The notes beneath the pieces are model-generated. The model was not told the DNA's origin. It saw only the letters and a list, made by a program, of their open reading frames with translations, and searched no databases. A DNA stretch of 64,000 nt from NCBI GenBank assembly GCA_002633005.1, contig NMRA01000201.1, positions 137,139 to 201,138 on the forward strand, written 5' to 3'. The DNA is from Phoronis australis (Eukaryota; Animalia; Phoronida). The translations under genes were made by a program, and so were the position numbers. Below, piece by piece: positions 1 to 13,200 of this stretch (within the stretch, counting starts at the first letter, position 1; each line of letters begins with the position of its first letter).

Positions 1-3000
1 TATTTCACTTTAAAGTTGATTTGGGTGGTGAACAGACTAACCGCTGGCGAAAATTGCCACGGCGTGGATAGCTCGTCTGAAGAAGTGCATTTTTTTTCAC
101 CACTATTGTGTCTAACTCTAAGCAAGGTGGTCTTCCTTGTTAATTATGAAACTGTGAACAGTGACCTTTTGTTGGGGATTCAATTGGAATTTAGGCACTT
201 TTTGTAATTTAAGGAATTTTGGCGCTGCTTGGCCCCCCCAGATGTAATAGAGACCCTACATTTTGAGAACCAGTCATCTTCACTGTAAAACAGACATGGT
301 TCACTTGACGCTCTGGGGCCCCTATCAGTGCCCCATCAGTACACCTTTAACCTCTTGGTTGCCACCTCTTCTCCAGTTAACACCTTGAGTGTATTTAGGG
401 CCTGACATTGTACCACAGCTGTCTCTAATTAGCAGGATTACATTAAAAAGTTATTTGATGTGTAATTGAAGGAAACAGGCATGTGTTAGGATGTACTTGC
501 CTAGAGTGTTATGTTTATCTGGTAGTACCCTGGCTTTTTAAATGTGTTTTCAACTCAAATTGACCTTCAACCACAAGCTGTGGGCTCGCTTGAGTAGGTA
601 TGGCGTCACATACCCAAGCTGTCGTTCTGTTGTAGCTGTCTATGGTTTGAGAGGTGTAGTATTGAATGTTTTGGTGCCCGTTTTTATTTCAGCATCAAAG
701 TTTTATGGTCCACAGTCTAACATGTGTCTCTGATCTTTTGCTTTGCTTGAGCTTGAAGTGCACTGGATGTGTGCTGTAATGGTCCATTTCCCAACCATGG
801 TAACTCTGAATGATCTAATCAGGATCTGACTGACACAAACCACAAAATGTGTTTACTTTTACTTTTCCTATGCCTAGTTGGAAACCGGAGTTGACTTGTT
901 AGTGGTTTCACTATTTGCACTTTTCAAACAACAAATTGAATAAAATTTTATTTGTAGAACCTTTAGAAATGGAAAGCTATTTCGCAATTAGTTTAACTGA
1001 AAAAATAGGTATTACCATACTTTTTGGTTCATAACACACATGTAATAATAACACACCATAAGACACAATATGACCGACATTCCATACAAAATTTTCTTTT
1101 TTCTGAAAACATGAATAGTGTCAAACAAATGCTTCTCATTTTTAAAAGTTCAGTTATAGTCACTAGGTACCCTCATTTTGAAAACCAGTTTTCTCCTTTG
1201 AACAACAGGTATCAAACGGGTTTTCATATTTCAGGACCCTTGTAAGGGGCTATTGCCAAAAGTTCTGAAACAAAATTACCATTAGACACTGTTTTGAGCA
1301 AGGGCAAGCACAACAGTGTTTAAGGCCTTCAGAAAATGAAAAAAGATCAAATTAGGGAATATTTGTTTTCCAAAATTTATGAGATCTGATTTTACCGTGC
1401 TTGGTTAGTGAAATACGCATAGTTTTTGCCACAGAAAGAACATACATACTTAGATTATGAAACTCCCCGGTTTGTTGTTGGAATGTGGTGAATGTTGTAC
1501 TGTATAAGCTGTGTGCCTGTGTTGCTCTAGGTATCCCATCTTCCCTAAACTCAGTTTATCTTGGCCAGGAACAAATTAACCAAATGGTTTGATTAACGCA
1601 AACATTTCTGGCAGTCTCTTCCAGTCTGCAGGAGTCAAGGTACACATTATGTAGTCTGCTGGGCCAACCCTACCTTTAATAAACCACACCATGTGTTTAT
1701 TACCAGCACAGGCGGTCCACTGGTGTTTTGTGGGGTTTAATTTAAACACAGCTCACCGAACTGCTGGCTGTTAATGAATGAGCCATAAATAGCTATCTGA
1801 TGGAGAGCCTAAGTCATCTGTCAGTTTTTTATCCTAATTATTTAGATTAAAGAGTGGCAAAGCCGAAGGCCTGCTGCTCTGTTTTTTGTGCAAAGACAGT
1901 CTGCTGGACACCTGGTAATGCCCCCAGTTGCTCCTTTGAGCACAAGGTTGCGTACCTGGACATCCGTGGCTAGTCATTTTGTGTTTTGCCCGCTCATGTC
2001 TTGAATAAGCTTGTAAACTTTGTACTGGTTTGTGTGTAACATGCTACGCAGATTCTCCACTTGAATAAAAATAATTGTCAAAATTTTTAATTTCCATTTT
2101 TCAAAGGCCAGTTGCTTTACTAAAAATAATGTACACTTTACTTTGTGACATCTACACAATAAAAACTACATTTATTTTTGTGAAGAAATTTTAGAAAATA
2201 TAACTTCATTTAGGACATTATACACCTAAATAAGTGATGAATTATGGTATTATTCCCATCTTTGTGTGAGAATGGATTCATACCGTCGGATAATTCTTCA
2301 TCTGTTTGGAAAACAACATAGTGAGTACGTGAAATTTCATTTTGCCAAAATTCTTCAAACCAAGGCAAGTAAGGACTAAGATCAGTTCAGTCTCTGACTA
2401 GCTTGGATTGTAGTATTTACATGATATATAACAGCGTGCAGTTAATTTTCAATTATTCACAGCAAGGCTGTCAGTTGTGCTTAGAAAATTCATATGAGGC
2501 ATGCACGTTGTTGTTCACGAAATGGTTTATGACGCAATTTTGTCCTGGTAGGCCCTCCCAAGTAGCCCCTAATGGTACTCGGCGGAGATGTAGTTCCTGA
2601 GCAAATGGCAACTCTTAGTCTCTTCATTGGATGATGTGCAATTCCACGCTCAAACACAATGGCGTTACCACAAGAGTTGTCTAACGAATTGAGACATTTT
2701 CCCTTTTTCAATCTTTTCACGATCAAGTCAGTGATCAAAAGCATGTTCAGTTAGCAGTCTCTTTAGACTTTAAGATTGCATCACAACAGTTTTGAATTGT
2801 GTATTTTGAGATTCTCTTGCTGTGCGTTATCTTCATTACAATTTGTACTCAGGTAATCGTATTATTTATTGAAAGATTTGTGTACAAATAGGGAGTTATT
2901 TGTGGTTACAAAGCAAATGGTGTCTTGGTCGTGCCAAGTTTGAAATGTGCCAGGGGCTGGTTATGAAGGCACGGATGCTGTTAGTAGTATTAGGGCACTG

Positions 3001-4976
3001 ACTGGCGAGAGCGTGATATTAATATTAGGTGTGCCCAGTGATTTTTTGGCATTGTCAGTTTTTCTTGGGAGTTTCAAGTTCAATCTGAGGTCACATCTCA
3101 ACTTTTAGTTTCTCGGCAGGATATTTCAATAGTTTCCCACGTTCTGGGTATTTCAACATGAAAGCTAACCATGGGCTTAGTGTGAATCTGGGGGTGATTA
3201 TGGCAATTTCGTTTTTTGTTTTTCATTAGTTAAATGACCGTCTTTCTGCCTGTAATTCCCTATAATTATGTTCAGAGGTTTTAGCACGATTTGAAGGTCT
3301 TTGACCATATCCTATCATTAGGACATTGGATCAATAATTTAAATCATAGGCAATATCCTGCATAACGATGCATTGTCAAGTGCATGCCATGTGCGATGTA
3401 ACTTGATATTAATTCGGCCACTCAACCTCTGAAGTTTCAGAAACATTTTCTTTCCCATCTCAGTCTCTACTGACAGTTTATCTCCACTAGTCATTTGTTA
3501 TTTGGTAATCAAGACCTGGTTGCATAAAAATGTGTCGTGGTACTACGAATTGTTATTTTCTGAAGGTGTTTTTGCTGTTGTGACATGCATAAACTTCTTC
3601 AGTAAATAAATTTATGCGGTAGATAAACTTGTTCTGAGTGTAAGTGTTTCCAGTGAATAAGTTTGACCAGTCGATAGTAATTGTCAGAGGGGTGAGAAAA
3701 ATTTCCACTCAACCAAAAAGTTCCTCTCTCAGAAGGCACAGGTATTTTTCCCTTTGGTGAGCCAGGGCTCTGCTAAAACTAAACCACTGTTTGTCAAAAA
3801 TCTTGTTACATTAAACTTTAATAATCATGCAACATCTTTAAGTTTACCACTTCGTAGTTCCATAGAAAATTATTCATTTTATTGATTTGATCCAAACTTG
3901 TAATACTGTGATACAGCATTCTTAAGTTTTTGGCGGATAAAGTCTGATATAAAATATAAAATGTTGAGTATTTGGATGGAATAATTAATCTAGCTTATCG
4001 CATTTAGTATGATAATGAAATGATCACTAAATAGGTTCTGTTAACCAGTGAGGTTGCATGTATATATGATGTCGCATTGTGTTGCTGTGAGGATGTGTAG
4101 TACCATTATCTACCACTAGGAGTCTATCATAAGAGTGACACAGTGTGAAAAAATCTTTCGAATTCATTGTGATCAAGCTAAATGACATTCGGTGAAACTA
4201 CTAAGGTATCTTCAAATTTTTGGCTGTGATAGTAGAAAATTATGACTTACATATTAAATGAATATAAAAATATGCTTTTTAGAACCAGGTTTCTCCAGTG
4301 AATGACGGACATCAAACTGTAAGCGACTACCGCCTTTTGTTGTTCAAGTTCAAAGGTCGCTGTTTTCCTCACAAAGTGCCATGTCAGCCCTCTCTCTGGA
4401 ACATTGTAAAGATTAACTAATTGGTTCCGTTATCTCACAATTAAAGATAGAGATGGGAGCCACTTAGAGTTAAGGATGGTAAATGCCCAAAATGACATAC
4501 AAAAGAGAGGGTTAAGTGCATTTTTAGAACAGTTTTAGTAGTGAATCTGATACATGTGTTAGATAACGGATGACTTGGCTTCAGTTGGCTTTGGTATTTT
4601 ACGTGGGCCTATAAGATCATACTGATGTTGATTGAGTCTATGTATTTAGCCAAATATCCACAATGTTTAATTCAGTAAAAGTTTGAGTTTGAAAGGACAC
4701 AGCTTATGGAATATTTTTTTACCAATCTGTCACCAGTTGGGTCACATGACGATGTCATTTTAGTTAAATTTAAGAAAGAAAGGCACATTGACCACAAAGC
4801 AGCAACATGATCAAATTTTATTTGATATAAATGTTCGTGATGAGATCTCAAAACACTGTTGACAGATTTCTTAGGATCGCCCACTTACAAATATGATACA
4901 GCATAATAATTCTTAACAGCATTTTGGAGAACAGTGCATAAATATAGATTATTACATGGCGAAGTCGTTATCCCCC

Positions 4977-5074
4977 GTTATCTAGAGCCCGGGTGGATTT
5001 TGGAAAATTATTGCCGGAGGGGTGTTAGCCCCAAGGGTGATAATTCTACAAAATCCACGAGACTAGAATATAAC
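4977..5074. repeat. Imperfect inverted repeat / short hairpin element
   Basis: gttatctagagcccgggtggattttggaaaattatt pairs with gataattctacaaaatccacgagactagaatataac. Confidence 0.6.
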
Positions 5075-5487
5075 TCCCCGAAACTTTAAGATTTTCCTAA
5101 GGTAGGAAACCTGAAAAATTAGTTTTTTTGACTTGATAGTACATGCCATTAATTGGGACACGTGACCATATCATTTTAGTAAATTTAATCAAAAAAGAGA
5201 CTTGTAATGTTCCCATCAAAACGATGGCATCATTTGACATAAATGTTCAAGATAAATGCAAAAATGCTGTTACAGGTTTTATCCACCCACATACATATGT
5301 GTGCCTGATTTCACAAAAGCCTGTGGTCAGATCATGATGAAATTTGGTGCAAGGACGTCATTAGGGTGATGCATACAATTTTTTAATTTCCCCTGCCCAC
5401 CAGGGCCAGAAGGGTAGGGCTTTACAGTGTTTTAGGAGAGTGTACAGGTGATATCTTAAGTGCCNGTTTACACTTACAAAGTTGACA

Positions 5488-6750
5488 TGGATCAGTTGAC
5501 ACGGAACAAGTTGTTCCAGTGTGTAAACGGACTGACACGGAGCAAATTGACACCGCAGTGACAAATTTTTGCCACCCGTTTTGAGGTAGAACAATTTGTG
5601 CCCAAACATCTTGCGCCCGAACATCTTGCGCCCGAACATCTTGCGCTGTGTCAATTATAAGTCTAAACACGAAACTGGAGCAAGGCAGAAAGGATCATCT
5701 TTACTGCGCTTGTGCAATAACCTACGTAGGGGTTCTTTATCTGTGCAACTCTCGTCATTTGTAAACCTGCACATGTGCGATCCAGTCTCTCCAGCCTGTA
5801 ATTTCTGTCTTGCCACGGTAAGTGAGTTGTGTGTATAAATTGCTGCTTGACACGGGTCAATTTGCTCCGTGTTAGTTGCGCCGGGCCAAAAGTTGATGTC
5901 TAAATGAGACTTAAGTAATGATGGATGGTTTTGAATGAAACTTGATGCAGAGTTCACCATTTGCATTGCAGTCGTGGGCACATTTCAACACTACATGTTG
6001 CTCTTGATTCTAGAAATTCATCGAGTCTGAAATTGCCACTGTTGTGTGGAGGTAATCAAATAATTCAAGTTTAAGTATCAACATCTCAATGTCCGTGAAT
6101 GAAAGTAATTGTGTTTCATCCCTGCCAGTACTTGGCTCGTGTTACACATTCTGTGCTCTCACAAGAACTCGTGCAGAGTTGCATGCAGAATTCTCCCTAT
6201 TACGTTATTTTTTTTTTTGAAAATTGCTCAATAAAAATAAAATTTTTTCTTGTCACTTTTGTTTCAACACAATGTTCGAAAAAGGTTCTTCCATTCTTTC
6301 CAACAAAATAATCAGCCTGTTAAGAATAGAAATATTGCAATTTTGGCGATTATATTTAGCCGCTTTTTCATGAGAAACAGTTTTCAGAGTGTCAGTTGTC
6401 ACAGTGTGACTTGCTCCACTTTAATCACATTTATATGACATTAAATTGAAAACTGGATTAGCGTAAGTTGCTTTCATGAACACAATCTACGCATGCTCTG
6501 ATAAAGAATAGATGATGTCCAAACCACACATGGAATGCCAGTGGATCACATGTATATATGCTATTGTGCACGCGTATTGAAAGGTGATCCATTTCCCCCT
6601 GGCCCCAGTTGTGTTTAGACGTGTAGTTGACACTAGAGCAACTGATCGAGTGCGACTCGCTCTACCTCTCAAACCGCCGCGGTGTCAACTTGTTCCATGT
6701 TAGTCGTGTTTTCACACACACTTGCACCCGATCAGCTGTTCCGTGTTATG
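5488..6750. mobile_element. Degenerate non-autonomous DNA-transposon remnant(s) with inverted GACACGGAR-CAA-TTGACAC motif blocks
   Basis: 5488-5560 (gttgacacggaacaagttg...actgacacggagcaaattgacaccgc) is inversely homologous to about 6675-6750 (gcggtgtcaacttgttccatgttagt...ctgttccgtgtt). Another inverted copy of the motif is at about 5855-5878. Boundaries are approximate and no TSD is visible. Confidence 0.45.
5600..5646. repeat. 15-bp tandem repeat x3 (GCCCGAACATCTTGC)
   Basis: Directly visible, with one mismatch in the first copy. Confidence 0.9.
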
Positions 6751-7957
6751 CTCCATGACGACTGTCTTTCGTATAAATTTAACTTTTGCGATACTAGTGA
6801 AGAATTACTGCATTAGAGTCCTTTAAGTGTGGCAAAAATCTCACCAATTCAGCCACCTAATATTGTAAGTCAGTAAATGCCAGAAGTTCTCAAAATGCAG
6901 TCACATGGTGTCTGTTATAGGACTTGTAAATCATGAAGTGTTTATTTTCTGCTACATATCTTTTATGAAAATAGAATACAATTTCACTTGCCTATGGTAT
7001 TGTGTCCTAAATTCGTGAGATTTTACCATGTGGAAATGTCTACAGACTTGGGCCATGACCCCTTTAAATGTGTATGAATGTTGAATTCTCTGTACTATTC
7101 CAATTAAAACTTTTGTTCTGAACTCGGCATCTGTGGTTTTGTGGCTCACTGTGAATGCCAATAAAATTTGCATGAATACCTCATTAGTCTTAGTGAATTA
7201 TCACCACAGCTGATCTCGCACTGGGGGCATCTTCAACGGATAATCTCATCACTGTAATTCTACGTTGTTATGGCATTGGCATGATTTGTTGGGGTCTTTA
7301 AGGCATTAATTTCCCAGTTTTAAAACTCCCGTTCACCTGGTTTCAGAACTAAATGTAACTTTTGAAGTCAGTCACTCATTCTTTCTTTAATATTGGTATC
7401 AATTTGGACCTTTTTCAGATCAGAATTAAAGTAAACAGAATGCTTAAAGTGACAAAATAATAATTATTGGAACCAAATATTAACAATTAGTAACCAGTCA
7501 CCACCCGTTGTGGGCAAACGCAGGCAGTGATCCTGGCCTTTCGATAACTGCAATGGCATCAAAGTTAAGTGTTCGCGTTGTGGACACTTTGCTGTTAAAT
7601 CCACTTCTTCACTTTGGAGTTAACTCACGCTGTTAACTTTGATTCAAGACCGAAGTTAAGTGTTCCCATTATCCGACACTTCGGCTGCAGAGAAAGGGGG
7701 AAAGGCCTTCTAAACAATTTTAGTATGCATTTGTCAGTTAACAGGAATTGGGCACACAGCGCATCAAAGAAAATTTCTGTGCGCCTATGACGCGAGTCGT
7801 ACTCCTAAAATTATCTTTGTGTCACGTGAAAAGTTATATAACAGGCCAATATCTAGTTTATAATAAAAACATTTAAAGAACAGCAATTGATGTCATGACC
7901 AGGGGTCACTTTGATTTCAAAAAGCATCTTGTTTCAGCATACAGAAACTTAGAGGTA

Positions 7958-8277
7958 ATTAATGTTATCATTGTGGGTCCCTCCAGTGGGGGCCCCCTTG
8001 ATATAGACAAGCACCATCTCATAAATGTTATCATTGTGGGTCCCTCCAGTGGGGGCCCCCTTGATATAGACAAGCACCATCTCATAAATGTTATCATTGT
8101 GGGTCCCTCCAGTGGGGGCCCCCTTGATATAGACAAGCACCATCTCATAAATGTTATCATTGTGGGTCCCTCCAGTGGGGCCCCCTTGATATAGACAAGC
8201 ACCATCTCATAAATGTTATCATTGTGGGTCCCTCCAGTGGGGGCCCCCTTGATATAGACAAGCACCATCTCATAAAT
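7958..8277. repeat. 63-bp minisatellite, 5 near-identical copies plus a partial copy
   Basis: Unit ATAAATGTTATCATTGTGGGTCCCTCCAGTGGGGGCCCCCTTGATATAGACAAGCACCATCTC starts at 7958, 8021, 8084, 8147 (62 bp, one G lost) and 8209. It explains the repetitive ORFs at 7895-8289. Confidence 0.97.
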
Positions 8278-10065
8278 AGACAACATCACAAATACAATTA
8301 GTTACTGCTTCACTTTCTCTGTAACTGTCTTTTTGAAGTTAAACACGACACATGTGCGCTGAGCATCCCTAATTATAAATCCATCACTTATAGGAACAGA
8401 CTGGTTCCTTACTCAAACCTCGGACCACTGGTTGATGCATAGCGATTTGAACATTTTTCAGGTATGTTTTCTTTCAGTCTGACTATTGGCATCTGGTGGT
8501 TGCTGTGGTGCAGTGGTTTGAATTATTTTAGGTCAAACTTGAAAATTGTCACAAAAACTGATCTTTTTGAGATAAATATAGATGTGCTTACTGAAATTGG
8601 TTTTTAAACACTGTTGGTAACATCATACAATTAAAATTGTGTCTGTTAAATGCCAGAGTCAACATTTTTATCAATAATGACGCTTTGTACACAAAAATGT
8701 ACAACATTAAATGTGGCAACTTTTTGCATTTGAAAAGCACATCTATGATTGAGATGGAAATTCAAAATGAAATTGCCAGGTGAAAGTACTCGCAGAAGCT
8801 TTTTTTAAAACTCCTACTTCTCAGGTCCCATCGACTACTACTCCAGTTTGAAGTTTGCAATTTCATCTTGACCCAGTTAGCACTGCGTGGGTCTTCAAAT
8901 GTTGTGCTCAAATTACGTTTTTTGGTTCACGGTTCGTTTCGGTAATTAAGACAGTTCACAGTTCATCAAGTTTTGCACAACTTGATTGGATCTAATGAAA
9001 CAAAAATCCAAAACCCAATAATTAGCTTGGCCAGCCGTGATTAGACCAATATCTTTCTTATGATTAGTGATGGCGCTATTCTCAATGTTTAATGTCTGGA
9101 CTGGTTTCCATCAGATCTGTGATATTACGGTGATATTTGACAATTAAGGGATTTGTCAGGATGAGTGAGCACTTTTTTATGACAGCCTTACATGTTTAAT
9201 GCTTGATTGAATTTGAATTTATTGAAATCAGTCATTATTAAGTTAAATAAGACCTGTAATTTTGTCGCTGTGGTAATGTTAACATTGAAATGATTTTAAG
9301 ACTAGTCCAGTGAGGTATTGAAGACTGTTGAAACACCATTTCCTCTGGTTACTGGGTTCTTGGTGGATTTATAAATTCATATTTTAATAATTTTCCCTGG
9401 CAGAGTGCACTATTAGAACTTTATCTCATTCGTTATGAAAGTACAGACTTGTAGCTTTTCTTGACTATCTTAAAATTCTAAAAGTTGCTCGCAGTTGCCT
9501 TGCTGAAACATTTAGGTATCGAAAAGTATCCTGACTCGGGATTTGAATAACTTCAACCTACAAATTTTCTTCTAAACGTGACATTTCGTGGGAAGAAATT
9601 GGGATTCGCTTTGCGTTATTCTGTATTCGAGCATTAGGTTGGCTTGTGAAAGTTCAGGTTGACATTTCAGTTGCATATTGAATTTCAGGTGTTAATTTGC
9701 TTAGTTATCAAACCAAGGTGTCCGGTAAAACCCAGGTGTGAGGCTTTCCCATGTTGTTTTTTACAGCAATATCAAAACTGTTGCAAATGTCTTGTTGAAA
9801 TATTTGATTATTCTTTCCTAATTGATTAAGTATTGTTACGGTTAGATACACAAAGCAACCTGGAGCTTTTTCCAAAGCTCCATTTTCAGTTGCTTTTTAA
9901 GTGCTTAAATTGTTAAGTAAGGAATTTTAGAACATTTACTCGTTGGGGTAAATATTCTAAACTTATGCAGACCTTGGTTCATTTTTGGCATGTACCCCAT
10001 GTCTTTGGTTCATTTTTTTTCTAATCCGGTTGACAAGCTTCTCTTAGGCTCTTCACATACATTTG

Positions 10066-10249
10066 ATTCACGCAGTCGCCATTTTAAAAGTGAGCCTCTT
10101 TTTAGGTTTTAAAAACAATGCATTTCGCGCTTAATCACAGTGCAAAGCTTGATTTTTTGCATGCCTCATTAATATGTATGTCTCAAATGCATTGTTTTTT
10201 AAACCTAAAAGGAGGCTCACTCTTAAAACGGGACTGTGTGAATACGGTC
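10066..10249. mobile_element. MITE with about 58-bp imperfect terminal inverted repeats
   Basis: attcacgcagtcgccattttaaaagtgagcctctttttaggttttaaaaacaatgcattt is closely matched by the reverse complement of aaatgcattgttttttaaacctaaaaggaggctcactcttaaaacgggactgtgtgaat. Confidence 0.8.
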
Positions 10250-13200
10250 TGTACTGGATAAAATGCTAGCGCTGTGGCTGTGCCATCGTGTAAATCTGGT
10301 AAAAATTGGCTCACATGTTTCAGCCTCTCTGGGCAAGTTGACACCTATCCATATTTTGTATAATGAACCCTTTTAGACTGCAATTTTTGTGCAACACAAT
10401 ATAAACCATTACACGTCAGTTTCCAATTTTGATTCTGTTTAACCGAGTTTAATATTAGTAAGTAGTCATATTGTAGACGATATTCTAAACTATCCCAAGG
10501 ATATTGAGCCTCTGGCCACAAATGATACACCTTAATTTGAAAAAAAAAAATAATTTGCGGCAATTTGCCTGGTTTCCAAGAGCCGAAGGGGTGTTGTCAG
10601 AAAATGGGTTGTTGCTGTGTCCTAGATCCTGTATCTGTAGTTTTATTCTTGTTCATCGGGCTGAGTTGCATAAAAAACTCTGGTTGATGGGTTTTATTTA
10701 TCCTTAGGATAAATAGCATTCCCCGTGAGAAGTTCAATGATGTTGCTTTGAAGAGAATTTCAGATGAATTCTTATTTGTCTGACTTCATTACAAAAATCT
10801 GGCGACTTCATCGTGACGTAGATTTGGAATTTTTGCCAGGTCACCAAACTAAATTTGAGGTTGCTTTTTCAAGCTGTAGGTCACCAAACCCAGCCCTCGG
10901 TATTATTCCAACTGCTTTAAATACTCTAAGAGGGTGTCGTTAACATGATTGGAGTTCTTGTTTTTTACGTTCCCTCTGCTATTTAAACTGCTTTTGTGGG
11001 GTCTCTTGTTGCATTTCATTGTTTTGTTGTTATTCTGAAACAAGAGACTGTCCTGTCAAATGAGTATGACAAGATAAAAACTTAATTGTGCTTAATTTGT
11101 TTATGTTGGCAAATTGGCAAATTGTGTCCAGCTAATAATAAAAATACATAAATGGCTGGATGTGCAAAATATAGTTTTAGCTGCAGGAAAGTAAATATTG
11201 TTTTTCACTGTTGACGTCATAAAGTGACAGGCATTTGTACTAGGGCTTGTTTTTATGAGGGATGAATGTAGAAAATGTGTTATGAAATAAAGAATGGTGC
11301 GTGCATGTAGGGCCGTTGTTAATGTCAATTGAGTGCATTGCACTTTAGCTCAGAATTTTGTACCGTTTGATGACAATTTTGCTAATTTTGCTTGTAGGCT
11401 TTGAAAGGAGAAGCATCAATATGCTTGTAACTAGTTGTTTTAGTTTTGATTGAAACTGTCTTGTGAAAAGCTTTTGACTTCTTGGTTTCCGACTTAAAAG
11501 AATGGGTGGAAATATGCTTGTGATTTTTAGCTAATTGTTTTTACTTGCAAATCTGCTTTATCTGTTGCCAGAACCTGACACCAGATGCTTCTCTGGAGAA
11601 AATTGCCTCATTCCATTTTGTGGAGCAATGGAAGAAGTGAACTGTTATAGGAATATGATACTGTTTAAAAGACAGAGAACTAACTTGAAAATAAGCCAAT
11701 TACAAATTGGTCAGAAAATGCCATTCTATTGCTTTTACACTGAAGCGGCAGGCCTCCAATCTTAACTAAAATTTAAAGGGGAATAGGCAATTGAAAGATG
11801 CTAGCTATGTTTGGTCATTTTGCTGTGAGAGTGTGGATTACATCTATGATGGTTGGTACCTTTACCAAGGTTAATTAGTCTCAGTTTAAGACACACCAAG
11901 ACTCCAGCTGATCTCTACTGGTTACATGTATAAAACTGTCACCTATTACCCAGTTTGTTTTTCTTGGAGATATACTTGATTAGAAAAAACAGGCGTCATT
12001 GGGCGTTGGGGTTATCTGTCGAAACTCATTTTCATGGTCTTGCTTGCTAGTGCATGGTACTGATGGTGTAAAGTCAATTTCAACATGGGTGGAACTTTTA
12101 TTATGGACTTTTGATGGTTGGGTCTTGAACTTGAACTACCAACCATGGTGTCGTAACTATGTTAAAAGTTCTTGTTTGAGACATTGAAGAATTAATTATT
12201 TTGCTTAAATGGATACCAAACCTGGTTTTGGCCTATTAACAGATACTAAAAACGACTTTCCCATCCAGTTCTCTGAAACAAAATAATGGATTGTAACCTT
12301 CGGCTATCCTCAAAATTCGAAAATGCCTTTAATGTCTACTACTGGGGCAAGCATGACCTACGCTTTCAATGAATTACAGGGCAGCTGTGGGGAAAGACCG
12401 CCCACAAAGGACCATAATGTCCAATCTGTGACTTAGGCACTGGCAGTATGAGCTTTTGGTTGATCCCTGTCTCTAACTTGGAAGATTGACGCCAGTGATG
12501 CATTAGCATGTGACAGAACAAGAATTGGTTGAAATTCTCAAAACAGGGTTTTGTATCTTATTAAGGTCTGAGCTTGTACCAAATTTTAGAAAATGCGCAC
12601 TATAAGCCATCCCAGATTTGGGAATTACTATCAACAACAAAAACGGTTATGAGCTTACACACTATGGGTATATGTGAAAACGTGGATTTGCAAAATATTA
12701 GGGACTCCCAAACTGGACAATTTTTACCGTAATCACTTTAGCTAATTATTCAAGCACCGAGTCGCACATTCGGTTGGTGGCCGTATTGCATTTGGCGGAT
12801 AATATGACAACCTGCTTATTCCAAAATATTGAGTTCTGTGTTTTGAAGTAACAACCGGTCTGTTCTTCCCAAACCCAATGCAAAAGTTGCCCTCCAGCCA
12901 TATACATGCAGTGTTTTTCCTCATCTCTAAACACTTGACGTCCTTTCTACACAAGTAACATACAATGAATTTGGAGACTGATATGTTCCGAGCACTGCAC
13001 ACTGATGATAAAGGCCTTACACTTGATAAACACTGCCACGTTTCATTAAGTTTTGGGAACGTTTTTGCCAAGGAAAGCTAATTTACACCTTGTTATCGAT
13101 TGGTGACTCAGCGTTTTGTTTTTGGGTGATGTAAAGTCCTAATAAAAATACATTCTACTGTACAATGCTTATGCCATTACCTATAACGAGGTTTTTTCTT

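Noticed and set aside
5361-5981. Cluster of overlapping ORFs with short peptide repeats (RKMFG, AQDVR, NILRP)
   Set aside because: They are translations of the 15-bp tandem repeat in different frames and show no protein homology.
7895-8289. Repetitive ORFs on both strands; superficially CRISPR-like array
   Set aside because: A by-product of the 63-bp (21-codon) tandem unit. The repeats are contiguous, with no unique spacers and no cas genes, in a eukaryotic context.
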